A stretch of 64,000 nucleotides of DNA, from the NCBI GenBank assembly GCA_049964855.1, contig JBMFWX010000007.1:218-64217 (forward strand), in the 5' to 3' direction. The first letter of the stretch is position 1. Every line of letters begins with the position of its first letter. Positions 59,921 through 64,000 of this stretch are shown one piece after another. Origin of the DNA: Acidimicrobiales bacterium (GTDB lineage: Bacteria; Actinomycetota; Acidimicrobiia; Acidimicrobiales; RAAP-2). The notes below the pieces were generated by a model, which had not been told where the DNA came from, made no database searches, and worked only from the letters and a program-made list of their open reading frames with translations. The position numbers were made by a program, and so were the translations under genes.

Positions 59921-62628
59921 CGGCATCGTCACACGACCGTGAGCCCCCCGAGGCCCGCGACGATCCCGCAGCACCGATCGACCTGCGCTCGTACCTCTAC
60001 GACGTGCTCGTCGCGTCTCCGCACGTGGGCTTCGCCCTCTTCGACCGCCACGGTCTGCTAGTGGACTGCAACGACGCGGTACTGGCGTGGCTAGGGCTGC
60101 ACCGCGAGGACATCGTGGGCCGCAACTTCGCCGACCTCGGATGGCGCCTCGTCCACGAGGACGGCACGCGCCTCACGCTGGCCGAGACCGCCGCGGCGAG
60201 CGCGACTCGCTCGTCCACCCCCTCGAGGGGCGTGGTCATGGGCATCGACATCGCCGATCACCCTCGCCGGTGGCTGGCCGTGACGAGCTACCCCGCCGTC
60301 GCGCAGGGCGTCGTGCACGGCGTGATCTCGTCCTACACCGACGTCACCGACCGGGTCACCCGCGAGCAGATGCTGCGACTGCTGGTGACCCTGCAGGGCA
60401 CGCTCATCGCGGCCACCGGGAGCAACGACGTCTTCGTGACGCTCTGCGCCAACCTCGTCGATGAGGGCCACGTGGATGTCGCGTCCCTGTGCCGGGCGGG
60501 CACCGACGGTGCCTCCACCGTGCTGGTGGCGAGCGCCGGCGATCATCACGACCTCGAACCCGTCGACCCCGCCACGGACCACCAGACCGTGACCGACGAA
60601 CTGGCGCGCGAGGCCTTGCGCACTCGCCGCGTACAGGTCGCGAATCACCTCGAGGCCCGTGGCGGCGGCCAACCCGGGCGTGGCCCACTACTCCCTCGCG
60701 ACGTGCGATCAGCTATCGCGTTGCCCTTCGAGAACGAGTCCCTCGTGCTCACCCTCTACGCTCGGCGGGCGGCGATCTTCGAGGACGTAGTCGTCGAGGC
60801 GCTGCGTCAGATCGTGCGCGAGGTCGAGCACGCGCTCGCTCGGCTTCGCGCGGACGAGCGCACGGCGGCAGCGCTAGAGGCGACCACGCGAGCCCTCGAC
60901 GCCCAGCGCAGCGCCGAGGCGGCGCAGGTGATAGCCGAGCAGCGCTTCGAGCTGGCCTTCAAAGAGAACATGTCTCCCATGATCGTCGCCGACGGCGAGG
61001 ACCGGATCATCGCCGCCAATCAGGCGTTTTGTGACATGGTCGGTCGCCCCCTGGGTGAACTACTCGACCACGACTCCACACTGTTCACCCACCCCGACGA
61101 CGTCGGGATCACCGAGGCCGCCCACCAACGGCTACTCGAGGGCGGCGAGGGGCAGGTTCGCTACGTCAAGCGTTACCTCCACGCCGACGGCCATCTCCTC
61201 TGGGCGGAAGTGTCGCGCAGCGCCGCGCGCGACGCGAGCGGACGTCTCCTCTACTACGTGATCTCCGAGCGCGACATCACCGAGGAACGCGCCCTGAGCG
61301 CCCAGCTCGCCCACCGAGCCCTTCACGACCCCCTGACGGGCACCGCCAACCGCGCACTCTTCGACGACCGTCTGGCCCAGGCGCACGCGCGCACCCTGCG
61401 CCAGCGCGAGTGGGGCGCGGTGCTCCTGCTCGACCTGGATGACTTCAAGGGAGTCAACGACACCTACGGGCACCTCATCGGCGATCAACTGCTGACCGCC
61501 GTGGCCCGACGGCTCGAGGGTGTGGCGCGGTCGTCCGACACTCTGTCGCGCTTCGGGGGCGACGAGTTTCTCTACCTCGCCGATCCGCTCTCGTCGCCCG
61601 AGGAGGCGCAGGTCATCGCGGCGCGCCTGCTGGGCTCATTCACTCGTCCCTTCAGACTCGGCGACCTCGAGATCGTCCAGCGCGCCAGCGTCGGCGTCAG
61701 CGTGTGGAACGAGACCCGAACCGACCCCCGCACCCTCGTCCAGGAGGCGGACACCGCGCTCTACGAGGCGAAGGCGCATCGGCGGGGCCGTGCCGTCCTC
61801 TTCACGCCAACCATGCACGAGCACGCGACGGCGCGCTTCACTCTGCTCCAAGACCTACGCACGGCACTTCGCCACGACGAGTTGGAGATGCACTACCAGC
61901 CCATCGTGTCGTTGGACACGCTCGAGGTCGTGGGACTCGAGGCACTGATGCGCTGGCTGCACCCGTCGCGCGGCTGGATTGCGCCCAGTGCCTTCATCGA
62001 CGCGGCCGAGGACTCCGACATGGTTTCCGAACTGGGTCGCTTCGCCCTCGCGGCGGCGGTCCGCGCGGCGGTGTCGGTCTCGTCGCGTCCCGACCCCCCC
62101 TTCGTGACGGTCAACTTTTCGGCCCGGCAGTTCCACGATGCCAACCTCGTCGACTACGTCGCCACGGCCCTGGAAGAGGTTCACCTGGACCCGCACCGCC
62201 TCGTGATCGAGATCACCGAGAGTGTGACGCTCGTCGACGTCGACGAGTCGCGCCTCGCCGTCGAGCGCCTCGCCGCGCTCGGGGTGCGCATCGCTCTCGA
62301 CGACTTCGGCACCGGGTACTCGTCGCTCTCGTACCTGACGGACCTCCAGCCCAGCATCATCAAGATTGACCAGTCCTTCGTGCAAGCCACGTCGCGTCGT
62401 GCACTCAACGAGACGCTGCTGGGCGCGATCGTGTCGCTCGGCCATCGATTCCACACGACGATGCTCGCCGAGGGAATCGAGACCGAGGGTCACCTCGAGG
62501 TGGTCCGTCACCTCGGCTGCGACCTGGCTCAGGGATTTCTCTTCTCGCCAGCCGTGCCCGAGCAGTCGCTCGCGAGCCTGCTCGAGGAGGCACCCGCCCG
62601 ATGGGCCGCTGCCTTCGGCCTGGGCTAG
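59917..62628 (+). CDS. PAS/GAF-like sensor protein with GGDEF diguanylate cyclase and EAL phosphodiesterase domains
   Basis: 903 aa with PAS-like blocks (VDCNDAVLAWLGL...; IIAANQAFCDMVGRP...), DPLTGTANR, RFGGDEFLYL, EALMRW, DDFGTGYSSLSYL and EGIET. GTG 59917 overlaps the mscL stop (GTGA). Confidence 0.85.
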   Translation: MTASSHDREPPEARDDPAAPIDLRSYLYDVLVASPHVGFALFDRHGLLVDCNDAVLAWLGLHREDIVGRNFADLGWRLVHEDGTRLTLAETAAASATRSSTPSRGVVMGIDIADHPRRWLAVTSYPAVAQGVVHGVISSYTDVTDRVTREQMLRLLVTLQGTLIAATGSNDVFVTLCANLVDEGHVDVASLCRAGTDGASTVLVASAGDHHDLEPVDPATDHQTVTDELAREALRTRRVQVANHLEARGGGQPGRGPLLPRDVRSAIALPFENESLVLTLYARRAAIFEDVVVEALRQIVREVEHALARLRADERTAAALEATTRALDAQRSAEAAQVIAEQRFELAFKENMSPMIVADGEDRIIAANQAFCDMVGRPLGELLDHDSTLFTHPDDVGITEAAHQRLLEGGEGQVRYVKRYLHADGHLLWAEVSRSAARDASGRLLYYVISERDITEERALSAQLAHRALHDPLTGTANRALFDDRLAQAHARTLRQREWGAVLLLDLDDFKGVNDTYGHLIGDQLLTAVARRLEGVARSSDTLSRFGGDEFLYLADPLSSPEEAQVIAARLLGSFTRPFRLGDLEIVQRASVGVSVWNETRTDPRTLVQEADTALYEAKAHRRGRAVLFTPTMHEHATARFTLLQDLRTALRHDELEMHYQPIVSLDTLEVVGLEALMRWLHPSRGWIAPSAFIDAAEDSDMVSELGRFALAAAVRAAVSVSSRPDPPFVTVNFSARQFHDANLVDYVATALEEVHLDPHRLVIEITESVTLVDVDESRLAVERLAALGVRIALDDFGTGYSSLSYLTDLQPSIIKIDQSFVQATSRRALNETLLGAIVSLGHRFHTTMLAEGIETEGHLEVVRHLGCDLAQGFLFSPAVPEQSLASLLEEAPARWAAAFGLG

Positions 62629-63215
62629 CGCCCTGGTCCGTCGAGCGACGGATCACCGACAGACGAGGACCCGCCCGAGGGGCTCCACTCTCGGCGCAGG
62701 AGTCCGTAGACCCACGAGTCGGAGACCTCACCATCGACAACGCAGTCCTCGCGCAGGCTCCCCTCGCGCACGAATCCCAACTTCTCCAGGACGCGGGCCG
62801 ACGCCGCGTTGCGGGTGTCGAGCTCGGCCTGGACTCGATTCATCGGCAGCGTGTCGAACGCCCAGCGTAGAAGAGCTCGAGCAGCCTCGGTGGCGTAGCC
62901 GTGGCCCCACGCCGCGTCGGCGAAGCAGTAGCCCAGCGACGCGCTTCGGTAGCCCGCCTTCCATCGCGTCACGCCGCACCAACCGATGAAGGCCCCGTCG
63001 GCGAGGTGCTCCACGGCCACGCGCACCCCGGTCCCATCCTCGGCGATCAGTCGACACGTCGCGAGGAATCGCTCGGCACGCTGGGATTCACGCCACGGCG
63101 GTCCGTCCCAGTAGCGCATGACGGCGGCGTTGGCGTGCAGCGCGAAGAGAGCGTCCGCGTCCGAGTCGCGAAAGGGACGCAGTCGTAGCCGCGCGCTCGA
63201 CAGTGTCGGCGTCAT
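62625..63215 (-). CDS. GNAT-family N-acetyltransferase (RimJ/RimL-like)
   Basis: MTPTLSSARLRLRPFRDSDADALFALH..., GYCFADAAWGHGYATEAARALLRWAF, NAASARVLEKLGF. ATG 63215 is preferred because the upstream in-frame extension to 63401 has only about 68% GC3. Confidence 0.8.
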   Translation of the reverse strand: MTPTLSSARLRLRPFRDSDADALFALHANAAVMRYWDGPPWRESQRAERFLATCRLIAEDGTGVRVAVEHLADGAFIGWCGVTRWKAGYRSASLGYCFADAAWGHGYATEAARALLRWAFDTLPMNRVQAELDTRNAASARVLEKLGFVREGSLREDCVVDGEVSDSWVYGLLRREWSPSGGSSSVGDPSLDGPGR

Positions 63216-63387
63216 CAGGGGCACGACGGCCACGGTACCCCGTCTCTGACACCCCACTGCTGGTGCCCGGACCCCACCGCGACGCCGCGATGTCACGGGT
63301 CCGCCACCGTGTCCGGAGCGATCGGTGGCCAGTCGAGTAGTGCCGCAGGTGGTGTCCGTAGCCTCGCGCGTCACGCGAGAGGGCGGC

Positions 63388-63472
63388 CAAACCCTTGGCA
63401 TGTCTGTACTTGAAGGTTGAGGGTTTGCATAAGACTTTAGGGTTGATCGAAACCGCTTGAGGGTTGAGGGTT
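63388..63472. repeat. AT-rich intergenic block with five forward copies and one inverted copy of AGGGTT, including a 17-bp direct repeat (16/17 identical)
   Basis: CTTGAAGGTTGAGGGTT (63409-63425) and CTTGAGGGTTGAGGGTT (63456-63472); TAGGGTTGA (63438-63446); CAAACCCT (63388-63395) is the inverted partner of AGGGTTTG (63420-63427). Confidence 0.85.
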
Positions 63473-63497
63473 TTCCCGTACGGGCCGTCGAGTCAGG

Positions 63498-64000
63498 TCA
63501 CAGGTTCTGCTCGAGCTCCTCCAACTCCTCGACGGCGGCGTGGCGATCCTGCGGACTGGGCAGGGTGAAGTAGGGGTTGCCCTTGACCCAGTAGTACGTC
63601 ATCGGGATCACGCCAAGCGCCATCGCCCCCAGACCCACCCACAGCGTCGTCGCGTTAAGACCCGGAATAGTCTTGACAAACATGGTCGCCATGAACACTG
63701 CGCCGACGAGGGGCCACAGGCCCATGAAGACGAAGTTCTTCAGCGACTTGAACAACTGGCGCCGGTAGAGCATCACCACTGCCAGGCCGGCCAGCGAGTA
63801 ATAGATGGCGATCTGGAGCCCGATGGCGTTGAGCGCGTCGGACATGATCGTGCCGATCGAGCCAATGAACTGCGACCCGACGAAGAGTCCCAGTGAGAGC
63901 ACGGTCACGACCCCGGTCGCGACGAGCGGTGTACGGCGCCGCGAGTGGACCGTGCCCAATAACCCCGGGAGCGTGTGGTCTCGCCCCATCGAGAAGAGGG
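63498..64000 (-). CDS. APC-superfamily amino acid permease, C-terminal part (5' end beyond the window)
   Basis: ...LFSMGRDHTLPGLLGTVHSRRRTPLVATGVV and four further hydrophobic segments. The frame stays open upstream of track start 63989 to position 64000. Confidence 0.7.
   Translation of the reverse strand, partial: LFSMGRDHTLPGLLGTVHSRRRTPLVATGVVTVLSLGLFVGSQFIGSIGTIMSDALNAIGLQIAIYYSLAGLAVVMLYRRQLFKSLKNFVFMGLWPLVGAVFMATMFVKTIPGLNATTLWVGLGAMALGVIPMTYYWVKGNPYFTLPSPQDRHAAVEELEELEQNL

Noticed and set aside
62625-63401. N-terminal extension of the GNAT gene to ATG 63401 (258 aa). There are comparable over-extensions in track ORFs 1501..4077, 4359..5324, 6893..7939, 12147..13253, 15845..17215, 19339..20448, 20645..22564, 30363..31805, 31666..33354, 36195..37130, 40706..41563, 49708..50247 and 59162..59920.
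   Set aside because: The extensions are Arg/Pro/Gly-rich, often overlap the neighbouring real gene, lack family-typical N-termini, and (counted for the GNAT case) have only about 68% GC3. Internal starts with SD-like motifs or ATGA/GTGA coupling give normal-length proteins.
63437-63442. TTAGGG / TTTAGGG telomere-like string
   Set aside because: It is a single unit that belongs to the AGGGTT repeat family in this spacer. There is no tandem telomeric array, and it lies in the interior of a bacterial chromosome segment.

Overview
This is a high-GC (about 70% from hand counts of sample lines) Actinomycetota-type chromosomal segment. By my coordinates it is about 96% coding, with about 63 protein genes and one tRNA. 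Almost all of it is core housekeeping, in blocks that share gene order with Mycobacterium. (i) On the minus strand: a thyX-like gene, helY, tatC, tatA and lepB, next to a complete uninterrupted Pup-proteasome set (pafA-prcA-prcB-pup-dop-arc). (ii) A ferredoxin, trmI with small membrane ORFs, tkt-tal, fbiC (F420) and a LOG-family gene. (iii) An acyl-CoA ligase and gltBD. (iv) tRNA-Pro(GGG) followed by a small lower-GC islet and a few accessory hydrolase/flavoenzyme genes. (v) acs-satP and trpC-F-B-A with a divergent trpD. (vi) DUF512-der, plsC, cmk, aroA-tyrA-aroH, rluB, scpAB, trpS, xerD, pyrG, recN and nadK. (vii) mscL translationally coupled to a PAS-GGDEF-EAL protein, a GNAT gene and a partial APC permease. 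I found no CRISPR array, IS element, phage-type integrase, prophage, toxin-antitoxin pair or recognisable defence system, and I cannot point to a convincing novel multi-gene system. The observations most worth a second look are small-scale. They are: an MscL with a zinc-ribbon tail coupled to a c-di-GMP enzyme; a tRNA-flanked islet bounded by an imperfect copy of the tRNA 3' end; an AT-rich intergenic region packed with AGGGTT repeats; a chain of stop/start-overlapping mini membrane ORFs feeding into trmI; a 16-bp tandem duplication at the arc-dop junction; and repeated use of a shared CTAG as the stop codon for both genes of a convergent pair. Many ORF-track entries are antisense shadows or N-terminally over-extended. 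I re-derived starts from conserved N-termini, SD-like motifs and ATGA/GTGA stop-start overlaps.
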